NCBI GenBank assembly: GCA_030668825.1
Contig: DAOVET010000035.1
Location: 1-25,166, forward strand
DNA length: 25,166 bases
DNA from: Candidatus Heimdallarchaeota archaeon
GTDB lineage: Archaea; Asgardarchaeota; Heimdallarchaeia; Heimdallarchaeales; Heimdallarchaeaceae
Direction of reading: 5' to 3'
Position numbers and translations under genes: made by a program. The notes under the pieces were generated by a model. It saw nothing but the letters and a program-made list of their open reading frames with translations. It was not told the origin of the DNA and ran no database searches. The stretch's first letter is position 1. Each line of letters begins with the position of its first letter. Below, in pieces: positions 17,700-25,166 of the stretch.

Positions 17700-18011
17700 A
17701 TGGAACTTCATAAAATACAAGACGAAGTGTATAATTTTCTAAAGGAAAGAGATTGGTTTAAATATTCTCCAAATGATGTTCTTATTCATCTGTACGAGGA
17801 ATTAAGTGAAATCGGAAAACACCTGCTGTTCAAATCAAAGTATAAAGAAGAAAGTGGTCATTCAAAGCCAGATGAAGAAGAATTACCAAGGGAATTTGCT
17901 CAAGCATTTTCGTTGTTCTTACAACTCTGTATTCTGCTAGATGTTGATTTAGAACAAGCTTGGAAAAATGAGATAAAAATAATGAGAGAAAGATTTCCAA
18001 TAGATAAATAA
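17700..18011 (+). CDS. MazG-like all-alpha NTP pyrophosphohydrolase
   Basis: F.KERDW, LYEELSE, EFAQ, LDVDLEQA and ERFP resemble the dCTPase/MazG-like family. Confidence 0.75.
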   Translation: MELHKIQDEVYNFLKERDWFKYSPNDVLIHLYEELSEIGKHLLFKSKYKEESGHSKPDEEELPREFAQAFSLFLQLCILLDVDLEQAWKNEIKIMRERFPIDK

Positions 18012-18038
18012 AAATATCAATTAGGGAGAAGTTAGTAA

Positions 18039-18773
18039 ATGAGTGACAAAAAGAAGAGTAAACCTCGAACGAAGAAGACCACAAAAAAAATCTTTGTTGA
18101 TGTTAAAGGAGTATCAAAAAGCTATCAAATGGGTGAGATAGAGGTTCAAGCTCTAAAAAATGTGTCACTTGTTTTAGGTTTAGGAGAAATAATTTCAATT
18201 GTTGGACCTTCAGGAAGCGGTAAGACGACCCTATTGAATGTTATTGGAGCTTTGGACTATGTTGATTCTGGATCCATTAGCATTAATCGAAAGAAATTAA
18301 GTTCAATGAGTGATAAAGAACTAAGCTTTCTTCGAAGAGATACCATAGGGTATATTTTCCAAAATTTTAACTTACTAGAGGAAATTAATGCTGAAAAAAA
18401 TATTGAAATGCCTTTAATTCTAGCGAAGCTAGAAAAAGAAGATCGTAAAAAGAGGGTAGAGGAACTGTTAGAATGCGTTGATCTTATCGAGAGAAGAACA
18501 CATAATCCTGATCAACTATCAGGAGGAGAACAACAAAGAGTTGCAATAGCAAGAGCTTTAGCTAACAACCCAAAATTACTCCTTGCTGATGAACCCACAG
18601 GAAATCTAGATTCTATAACAGGAGAAAAAGTTCTAAAATTACTCATAGACCTGAGTAAAAATCAAAATAAAACACTAATTTATGTTACTCACGACGTCGA
18701 ATCAGCCACTTTGGCTGATAGACAACTATATATGAGTGATGGCAAAATTGTAAAAGATATTTCCTCTAAATAG
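18039..18773 (+). CDS. ABC ATP-binding protein, LolD/MacB/FtsE-like family
   Basis: Walker [19 protein letters not shown], signature [24 protein letters not shown] and VTHD. Confidence 0.93.
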   Translation: MSDKKKSKPRTKKTTKKIFVDVKGVSKSYQMGEIEVQALKNVSLVLGLGEIISIVGPSGSGKTTLLNVIGALDYVDSGSISINRKKLSSMSDKELSFLRRDTIGYIFQNFNLLEEINAEKNIEMPLILAKLEKEDRKKRVEELLECVDLIERRTHNPDQLSGGEQQRVAIARALANNPKLLLADEPTGNLDSITGEKVLKLLIDLSKNQNKTLIYVTHDVESATLADRQLYMSDGKIVKDISSK

Positions 18774-18885
18774 AGATAGGGTGCCTTTTTACAATTAGAA
18801 ATAACTTTTAAAGTTGTTACTTGATAAAATTATAAAAATAAATTTTATTTTAAAGAAGCAGAGATTTGAAAGTTAGTGAAAAAAA

Positions 18886-20640
18886 ATGGGTTATAAACGC
18901 TGGTTTCTGAAACATCTACTAAAAGAGAAATTACTATCCACAATATTGCTAGCATTTCTCTTAGTATTTATTGGAACAGTCTCTATAACTCCATTATTTA
19001 TAGGGAATATTTTTAATGAATTAGCTAGTGAAAGTAGCTCATTTAAAACAATAATGAGTATTGCTTTATTTATCGCAGGAGCGGGAGTAATCAGAGCAGT
19101 TGCAGATTTTACACAGAGTTATGCAAATGAGGTTTTAGCTCATAAAATTACCAAAAATGTTACTGAAGAATTCTATGAAGATATGTTAGAGAAGAGTCAA
19201 GAATTTCATGATAGAATTAGAATAGGAGATGTGATGGCAAGAGCTACATATGATACACGTCAAATGAACATTTTCATTTCTCCTGGAATAAAATTTCTAT
19301 TTGAAGCATTTTTTACACTACTCTTTTCGGTTTCTCTAATGATTTGGATCAGTCCAAAATTAACACTTCTTCTAGTAGCAGCTCTGCCTTTCTATATAAT
19401 AGCAATGTATGAGTATAATAAAAAATTGCGTCCAATTTCTAAAGCTCAAATGGAACAGAATAGTCTTTTGAATGCCAGATTACAAGAAAGTGTTACAGGA
19501 ATCAGAGTGATTAGGGCTTTTGTGAAAGAAGAGAAAGAGATAAATGAGTTTGATGATGAAACAGATAAATTACGAGATATAAATACTCGAAGAGGAATTC
19601 TTAGTGCTCGTTATTATGGAGTTGTGGTAACAGTGTTGATCATCGCTTTCAGCTTCTTATGGGGATCATATGAAGTAATTAACGGAGATTTAGCTCTTGG
19701 TTATTTGATTACCTATGTCTTTCTAATGATGACTTTGATGATGCCTACTTGGCAAATTGGTTGGGGGATCACACAATTTCAAATAGGAATGGCAGCTGCA
19801 AAAAGAATTTTTGAAATGAAAGAGAGAGAGGAGTACGTCCCAGAATCTTCATCACCTATAGAATGGCAAAGTAAACAAGGAACAATCAGTTTCATGAATG
19901 TCTCTTTCTCTTATAATAGAGGAAGCAGTAGAAAAGAAGCGCTTAGCAATATCAATCTAGAAGTCCCTGGAGGATCCACTGTAGCAATCATTGGTAATCC
20001 AGGATCAGGTAAATCCACACTAATAAAGTTACTAATGAGACTTTATGATCCTACACAAGGGAGTATATTCATTGATGGGGTTAATATTAAGGACATGCGT
20101 CTATCCAATCTCAGAGATCACATAGGTGTTATTGAACAAGAAGTATTTCTTTTCAGCAAATCAATTAGGGACAATATAGCATATGGAAAACCAAATGCAA
20201 CTAAGGAAGAAATAGAAGAAGCTTCTGAATTAGCACAAGCTCATGAATTCATAATGGGTTTTGAAAAAGGATATAATACAATTATCGGAGAAAGAGGAGT
20301 TACCCTTTCGGGGGGACAAAAACAAAGAATTGCAATTGCTAGAGCATTGCTAGTTGATCCTTCATTTTTAATTCTTGATGATGCAAGCAGTGCCATAGAT
20401 GCAGAAACGGAAAGAAAAATCCAAACAGCAATAGCTAATGTATTAAAAAATCGAACTACATTTATTATCACACACAGGTTAGCCACAATTAAGCATGCAG
20501 ACATTATCATAGTTTTGAGAAATGGTTTACTTAAGGACAGCGGATCCCATGATGAACTTATTCTAAGAAATATCGATTACAGAAGATTGTTTGAAAGGTT
20601 TTCTGAGCTTCCACCAATGACAACAATGGAGGAGAACTAG
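18886..20640 (+). CDS. Type IV ABC exporter half-transporter (TMD+NBD), subunit with non-canonical Walker B
   Basis: About 6 TM helices, GNPGSGKST, LSGGQKQR and LILDDASSAID (catalytic Glu replaced by Asp). Confidence 0.93.
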   Translation: MGYKRWFLKHLLKEKLLSTILLAFLLVFIGTVSITPLFIGNIFNELASESSSFKTIMSIALFIAGAGVIRAVADFTQSYANEVLAHKITKNVTEEFYEDMLEKSQEFHDRIRIGDVMARATYDTRQMNIFISPGIKFLFEAFFTLLFSVSLMIWISPKLTLLLVAALPFYIIAMYEYNKKLRPISKAQMEQNSLLNARLQESVTGIRVIRAFVKEEKEINEFDDETDKLRDINTRRGILSARYYGVVVTVLIIAFSFLWGSYEVINGDLALGYLITYVFLMMTLMMPTWQIGWGITQFQIGMAAAKRIFEMKEREEYVPESSSPIEWQSKQGTISFMNVSFSYNRGSSRKEALSNINLEVPGGSTVAIIGNPGSGKSTLIKLLMRLYDPTQGSIFIDGVNIKDMRLSNLRDHIGVIEQEVFLFSKSIRDNIAYGKPNATKEEIEEASELAQAHEFIMGFEKGYNTIIGERGVTLSGGQKQRIAIARALLVDPSFLILDDASSAIDAETERKIQTAIANVLKNRTTFIITHRLATIKHADIIIVLRNGLLKDSGSHDELILRNIDYRRLFERFSELPPMTTMEEN

Positions 20641-20641
20641 T

Positions 20642-22519
20642 ATGTCAAAAGAAGATGAATTCAAGAAGTCATATGATAGACAATATTCTGATATTGAACT
20701 ATTAAAACGATTTTGGAGATATCTGAAAGTATACAAAAAATATCTTCTCTTTATAATAGTAGGTATTTTAGCAACAGCTGTTGTTACTATCCTCCCACCA
20801 TCTATGGTTCAAAGTGCTTTTGAAGCTTTGGCAGATAGAACTAACCCTTTCCCTCAAGCAATCGATTTTATGCCAACATCACTTTTCTTATGGAAATTTC
20901 AAATAAACTTGTGGAGAGCTGTTTACCCCTATGCAATTGGATATGTTCTTCTATCATTATTCTTATGGCTAGCCCAAGTACTTCTAGGGATCATTGTAAC
21001 CATTGTTTCACAAAAGATAATCAAACGCATTCAAATGGAAACCTATGAGAGTTTACAAGAACATGATTTGAGGTATTTTGACACGCAGTCAACAGGTCAA
21101 ATAATGAGCAGAATAACAAATGATTCCCAAGAACTGAATGATATGATCAACGTTGTTTCACAGTTTGTAGCTAATTTCTTCATATTATTTGCAGTACTGA
21201 TATGGATGTTCGTTGTAAATTGGAGACTGACATTTATCACACTTGGAATGGCTCCTTTTGTCTTTATTGTTGCTTTTTTCTTCAGAAGAATAACAAGATT
21301 AACCACTGGAAAATGGAGAGCATCAATTGGAGAGGTAAATGCTTCTTTCCAAGAGAGTGTAGCGGGGATTTCAGTAGCTAAAGCATTTGGAAGAGAAAAG
21401 AAATCTAAAGAAGAATTCGAAGTAATAAATCAAGCCACTTTCTATCACGCGAAAAAGAGAGCTTTTGCTGTGATGGGTATTTGGCCTTTGATGGATGGTA
21501 TAAGTACTATTGGTGTGTTTGGAATCACTCTCTACGGTAGTTGGTTATTCTTTGGAAGTCTGGCTTCGTCAGATGTTATTTTACTGTTCCTCCTACTTCT
21601 CAATAGATTCTTATATCCTCTTGTAAGAGTAGCATCACAGTTTTCAATTATACAAAGTGGTTTTGCAGCCATGGAACGCATTTTTAGTATAGTTGATGCT
21701 AAAAAGGAAATCACTAATCCAGCTAATCCAGTCAGTAAAGAGTTGCAAGGACAAATCACTTTCGAGGATGTTTTTCATCAATATGTTCAAGGAGAACTCG
21801 TATTAAATAATATCAATCTTAAGATTCAACCAGGAGAATCTGTAGCCGTGGTGGGCCATACAGGAGCCGGGAAGACAACCATTGCTTCCCTGTTGATGAG
21901 ATTTTATGATATCTTCAAAGGTTCCATCAAAATTGATGGTGTTGACATTCGAGATTATGACTTACATAATTTAAGATCACAGATAGGATTGGTAAGTCAA
22001 GATGTTTTCCTATTTAGTGGAACTGTTCTAGATAATATTAGATATGGAAGTCCTGAAGCAAGCTTATCACAAGTTCAAGAAGTTATCAACATAGTTTCAG
22101 CTCAGGAATTCATAGACGCTTTACCTGATGGTTTAGAGACTGAATTAGGAGAACGAGGTAAGGGTCTTTCAGCTGGACAGCGTCAAATGGTTTCATTTGC
22201 TAGAACATTATTAACTGATCCTAAGATATTAATTTTGGATGAAGCTACAGCTGCAGTGGATGCTTATACTGAATGGAAAATCCAAGAAGCACTCGATAAG
22301 CTTCTAGCTGACAGAACTTCGATAGTAATAGCTCATCGTTTAACAACTATAAAGAATTCAGACAGAATCATAGTTCTTGATCAAGGTAAAATAGTTGAAG
22401 AAGGAGATCATGAAGGCCTAATGAAAGAGAAAGGATTATATTCAGAGCTTTATGAGACTTACTTTAAACATCAATCTGCAGAATGGATAGCAGAAATAAG
22501 TGATGTATTTACTGATTAA
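20642..22519 (+). CDS. Type IV ABC exporter half-transporter (TMD+NBD), partner subunit
   Basis: TM domain, GHTGAGKTT, degenerate signature LSAGQRQ, LILDEATAAVD and IAHRL. Starts after a 1-nt gap following the partner gene, with SD GGAGGAG. Confidence 0.93.
   Translation: MSKEDEFKKSYDRQYSDIELLKRFWRYLKVYKKYLLFIIVGILATAVVTILPPSMVQSAFEALADRTNPFPQAIDFMPTSLFLWKFQINLWRAVYPYAIGYVLLSLFLWLAQVLLGIIVTIVSQKIIKRIQMETYESLQEHDLRYFDTQSTGQIMSRITNDSQELNDMINVVSQFVANFFILFAVLIWMFVVNWRLTFITLGMAPFVFIVAFFFRRITRLTTGKWRASIGEVNASFQESVAGISVAKAFGREKKSKEEFEVINQATFYHAKKRAFAVMGIWPLMDGISTIGVFGITLYGSWLFFGSLASSDVILLFLLLLNRFLYPLVRVASQFSIIQSGFAAMERIFSIVDAKKEITNPANPVSKELQGQITFEDVFHQYVQGELVLNNINLKIQPGESVAVVGHTGAGKTTIASLLMRFYDIFKGSIKIDGVDIRDYDLHNLRSQIGLVSQDVFLFSGTVLDNIRYGSPEASLSQVQEVINIVSAQEFIDALPDGLETELGERGKGLSAGQRQMVSFARTLLTDPKILILDEATAAVDAYTEWKIQEALDKLLADRTSIVIAHRLTTIKNSDRIIVLDQGKIVEEGDHEGLMKEKGLYSELYETYFKHQSAEWIAEISDVFTD
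22348..22519 (+). repeat. Direct repeat copy 1 (functional 3' end of the ABC gene)
   Basis: Matches 23841-24012 at 168/172 nt. Looser similarity (ATTACAAAA-ACTGCAA) continues about 21 nt past the stop. Confidence 0.95.
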
Positions 22520-22610
22520 ATTTTATTACAAAAACTGCAAGTTTTAGAATATCTCGGTAGTATGAACATCTATAAAATTAGAATACCGACCTTTATAAAA
22601 TTAACTTAGA

Positions 22611-23810
22611 TTACCGAATTTTATGTTTTTTTGCAGAATCTATTGCAGTAGCTATTGTCACTTGACATACTTTTTTAATGAAATTAAAGTCTAGCTTATC
22701 AATTGTATCTGCTTCTGTATGGTAAAATGGATATCTGAAATTTGCTGAATCAGTTATCATTAATGCAGGAATTCCTTCAAGCCAAAAAGGTGCATGATCT
22801 GATCTCAATAGATCAAAAAATCTCTTAGCTATTGTTTCAAAACTCAATGGTATTCTTATTCTTATATAAGGTAGTTGAATGGAATCATTTTTACATTGTT
22901 TGCTGAATGATTTTGCTAGCATTTTTGATTTTTTATCACTCACTACTGTGATGAAATTACCAATTGCTTTAAACTGTTTAACTTTGTAGCTGGGAAATAG
23001 AATTGGATGCATTAATGGTGGATAAATTTGAGAGTTTTTTCTTTTTGCGGTATAGCCTACAGTTTCATTATTTATAACTCCAATTATTTCTCTCTTATCT
23101 CTCATAGCTTTTGCAACCCATTCACTGCTCCCAACCATTCCTGCCTTTCCTATCCAAGATGTATAAGTGTCCTTAGAATATAGCTGACTTATAAATTCAA
23201 AATACTTCTTCTCTTGATCTGTAAGCTCATTCATAATCTCTTTTAATGCAAGTTCCCATGACTCTGCTAATGTTCTTCCCTTTGCTACATTTCTATAAAC
23301 GAAATTAAAACACTCTTTATACATTTTTTGTGTATGATAAGTTAAAAACCTATAATTCTCATCCATTAATTCTAATTCCTGTGCCAACTTTAGCTGTTTT
23401 AATTCTCTTGAAGGATTAAATTCTTCTAAAGTAAAACTTACAAAACGAATATTGTTAGTTTCCTTTTCTTTCGCTAAAATTCTAGCTGCTTCCAGCATTA
23501 TTGCAATAGCAGATCCATTATCATTTGCTCCAGGTGCATTTATGACCGTATCATAATGACTAGTAATCAATACTTCTGGACCAGAACTATTTTCAAAATA
23601 TCCTTCAATATTTCTAAAAGACTGATCAAAATCTTCAATTTTGAATACTTGTTCTTGAACTTGTAATCCATATTTCATGAATTTATTTTTTATATAATCT
23701 GCTGTTTCATCCAATTTTTTTTGTGCCAATATTGGATGTTTAATTCCCTCAACATTCAAGATATGTTGGTATAATCTCTCTATATCAACCTGTTCAATAA
23801 TGTCCTTCAT
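22611..23810 (-). CDS. M28-family zinc metallopeptidase (start ATG 23810 preferred; 23864 lies inside the repeat)
   Basis: Motifs SHYDT, PGANDNGSA, FTLEE, NNETVG, RSDHAPFW and FYHTEADT. Confidence 0.9.
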   Translation of the reverse strand: MKDIIEQVDIERLYQHILNVEGIKHPILAQKKLDETADYIKNKFMKYGLQVQEQVFKIEDFDQSFRNIEGYFENSSGPEVLITSHYDTVINAPGANDNGSAIAIMLEAARILAKEKETNNIRFVSFTLEEFNPSRELKQLKLAQELELMDENYRFLTYHTQKMYKECFNFVYRNVAKGRTLAESWELALKEIMNELTDQEKKYFEFISQLYSKDTYTSWIGKAGMVGSSEWVAKAMRDKREIIGVINNETVGYTAKRKNSQIYPPLMHPILFPSYKVKQFKAIGNFITVVSDKKSKMLAKSFSKQCKNDSIQLPYIRIRIPLSFETIAKRFFDLLRSDHAPFWLEGIPALMITDSANFRYPFYHTEADTIDKLDFNFIKKVCQVTIATAIDSAKKHKIR

Positions 23811-23840
23811 CTGTAACATTAACATAAAGTTATACATGTT

Positions 23841-24012
23841 TATAAAGAATTCAGACAGAATCATAGTTCTTGATTAAGGTAAAATAGTTGAAGAAGGAGA
23901 TCATGAAAGCCTAATGAAAGAAAAAGGATTATATTCAGAGCTTTATGAGACTTACTTTAAACATCAATCTGCAGAATGGATAGCAGAAATAAGTGATGTA
24001 TTTACAGATTAA
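23841..24012 (+). pseudogene. Direct repeat copy 2: orphan 3' fragment of the ABC exporter gene with a nonsense change
   Basis: Differences from copy 1: CAA->TAA (23875), GGC->AGC, GAG->GAA and ACT->ACA. Confidence 0.92.
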
Positions 24013-24092
24013 TTCGATTACAAAACACTGCAAAGGACATCACCTTCTTGTTTATTCCAGATTTCTGAAAGGAGAGCTTGAAACAGCAGATA

Positions 24093-24413
24093 TCATGAAA
24101 AGACCCCCTTATTAGAAGACCGTCTATTTGCTTCATCTGATGTGAGTAGGTCTAGAATTTGTAAGAGCTGTTCATAAGGAATTAATTTTGGTGGATAATG
24201 GCATATGATCTTTAATCCAGTTGTACGATGTTGAAAAATAATAGAATGGTTGTTTTTGATAACTTTATCTATTTCAAAAAGCTGTCTTAAGAAACTAATT
24301 ACTTGGATAAATTCCTTTATTTTGTTTTTCTTCCGTGTTGCTTGTTCTAGATGATAATCAGCAGCAATGTCTACTAATTTATCTAAATGATTGTTAGAAC
24401 TAATTATCCTCAT
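24093..24413 (-). CDS. Hypothetical protein, C-terminal part resembling the HicA toxin fold
   Basis: Overlaps the recombinase stop by 14 nt. FEIDKVIKNNHSIIFQH..GLKIICHYPPKLIPYEQLLQIL loosely follows the HicA pattern. Confidence 0.5.
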   Translation of the reverse strand: MRIISSNNHLDKLVDIAADYHLEQATRKKNKIKEFIQVISFLRQLFEIDKVIKNNHSIIFQHRTTGLKIICHYPPKLIPYEQLLQILDLLTSDEANRRSSNKGVFS

Positions 24414-25137
24414 CCTCCTGTGTTTTGATTATTGGTTCAACTCTGTAAGCTACCTTCCCCCTGAAGAGATATTCCCCTGTTCGATAAATTGGATTTCTTA
24501 CCATGTAGGATAATGTACTGGTAGGGAGCTTGACTTTATGACTAATTCTAGAGTAAGAATAATTATTATCAAACATACGAAAAATTTCAATGATTAAAGG
24601 TCTAAGCTCTTCATCAACAACTAATTTACCATCAATTATTTTATAACCATAAGGAGCTCGAGACATTACTTTTTCTTCTTTAAGCCTTCTTTCTATACCT
24701 TGCTCACTTTTTAATCGGGTTTTTCTTAGTTCTTCCTCTCCCATAAGATCGTAGATCCTTTTCTTAAGATTAGAATCATTGTCTTCAGTAGAATGAATTT
24801 CAACACACAGTTTCCTAAGCAAAATAGTAGCATAACCTAGATAATCTACATCTCTAGCTATACGATCCCGAGTTTGTACCCAGACTTCTTTAATAGGACC
24901 ACTAGGATTCTGCAGGTTGAAGTCTTTTGTAAATTTTAGTAGTTCTTTAAAAGCTGGTCGCTCTTCAGGTGAAATGTCTCCTGAAACACCTTCATCAGTA
25001 AAAGTCTTGATAATAGATCTATAACCTAGAGATTCTATTTTCTTAGTAACAACATTTATTTGTGTGCTGATTCCTGATTCTTGGTCATTAGTACTAGTTC
25101 GAGAATAAACAAGAACAGGAATAGGGATATGTTTCAA
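24400..25137 (-). CDS. Serine recombinase (resolvase catalytic domain + short recombinase-type DNA-binding region)
   Basis: VYSRTST..Q (catalytic Ser), FTDEGVSG..ERPAF, TRDRIARD, RAPYGY and NPIY..G. TTG start preceded by AAAGGAG. Confidence 0.92.
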   Translation of the reverse strand: MKHIPIPVLVYSRTSTNDQESGISTQINVVTKKIESLGYRSIIKTFTDEGVSGDISPEERPAFKELLKFTKDFNLQNPSGPIKEVWVQTRDRIARDVDYLGYATILLRKLCVEIHSTEDNDSNLKKRIYDLMGEEELRKTRLKSEQGIERRLKEEKVMSRAPYGYKIIDGKLVVDEELRPLIIEIFRMFDNNYSYSRISHKVKLPTSTLSYMVRNPIYRTGEYLFRGKVAYRVEPIIKTQEDEDN

Positions 25138-25166
25138 ACCGACTCCTTTAATCTCGTTAATATCTA

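Larger units (their letters stand above)
24034..25166 (-). mobile_element. Probable left edge of an integrated element extending beyond the window
   Basis: A serine recombinase and an overlapping small ORF with strong SD motifs, directly abutting the duplicated ABC 3' end. Confidence 0.5.

Noticed and set aside
189-21759. Short antisense or alternate-frame ORFs in the track (189, 3959, 4314, 5638, 8731, 9542, 10858, 11266, 11959, 12654, 13793, 14271, 14816, 16076, 17071, 17830, 20241, 21097, 21532)
   Set aside because: They overlap well-supported genes and show no recognisable motifs; they are shadow ORFs.
18886-22519. Degenerate Walker B (DD) and signature (LSAGQ) in the ABC pair
   Set aside because: This is the normal asymmetric ATPase site of heterodimeric exporters (TM287/288 type), not novel.
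22544-22603. Short direct repeats TATAAAATTA x2 and TTAGAATA x2 near the cassette edge
   Set aside because: Very AT-rich and short, so compatible with chance; not CRISPR-like.
23811-23864. N-terminal extension of the M28 ORF as a signal peptide
   Set aside because: It runs into the antisense of the duplicated ABC fragment and the putative TATA box, so it is likely not translated.
8039-24012. Diverged repeat pairs as DGR template/variable repeats
   Set aside because: There is no reverse transcriptase in the window. The mismatches are not confined to adenines in one copy and are mostly silent.
24018-24095. Open frame continuing 24 codons past the TGA of the 106-aa ORF (possible readthrough or selenocysteine)
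   Set aside because: No SECIS-like element or redox motif is evident, and this length is expected by chance.

Overview
AT-rich archaeal chromosomal segment. It is most consistent with an Asgard (Heimdallarchaeia-like) genome, inferred from archaeal TFB, AlaRS, PdaD and SepF together with a strongly eukaryote-like primase pair and a winged-helix/RING protein. Gene order: 5'-truncated DinB with PIP box, priL, priS, Eis-like acetyltransferase, alaS, sepF, small Zn-binding ORF, tfb, degenerate GH57 protein, PKD-type surface glycoprotein, pdaD-like, glnA, 8x winged-helix + Zn-ribbon + RING protein, MazG-like, LolD-type ATPase, heterodimeric ABC exporter, M28 peptidase, HicA-like ORF, serine recombinase (probable edge of a mobile element). 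The most striking structure not explained by the ORF track occurs twice: a single cargo gene lies between two direct copies of the 3' end of a host protein-coding gene. At tfb this is 30 nt with 4 differences, all synonymous. At the ABC exporter it is 172 nt with 4 differences, including a nonsense change in the distal copy. Both look like single-gene cassettes inserted by 3'-end replacement, and neither carries its own integrase. All alignments were done by eye and no database searches were run. No tRNA, rRNA or CRISPR array was seen.
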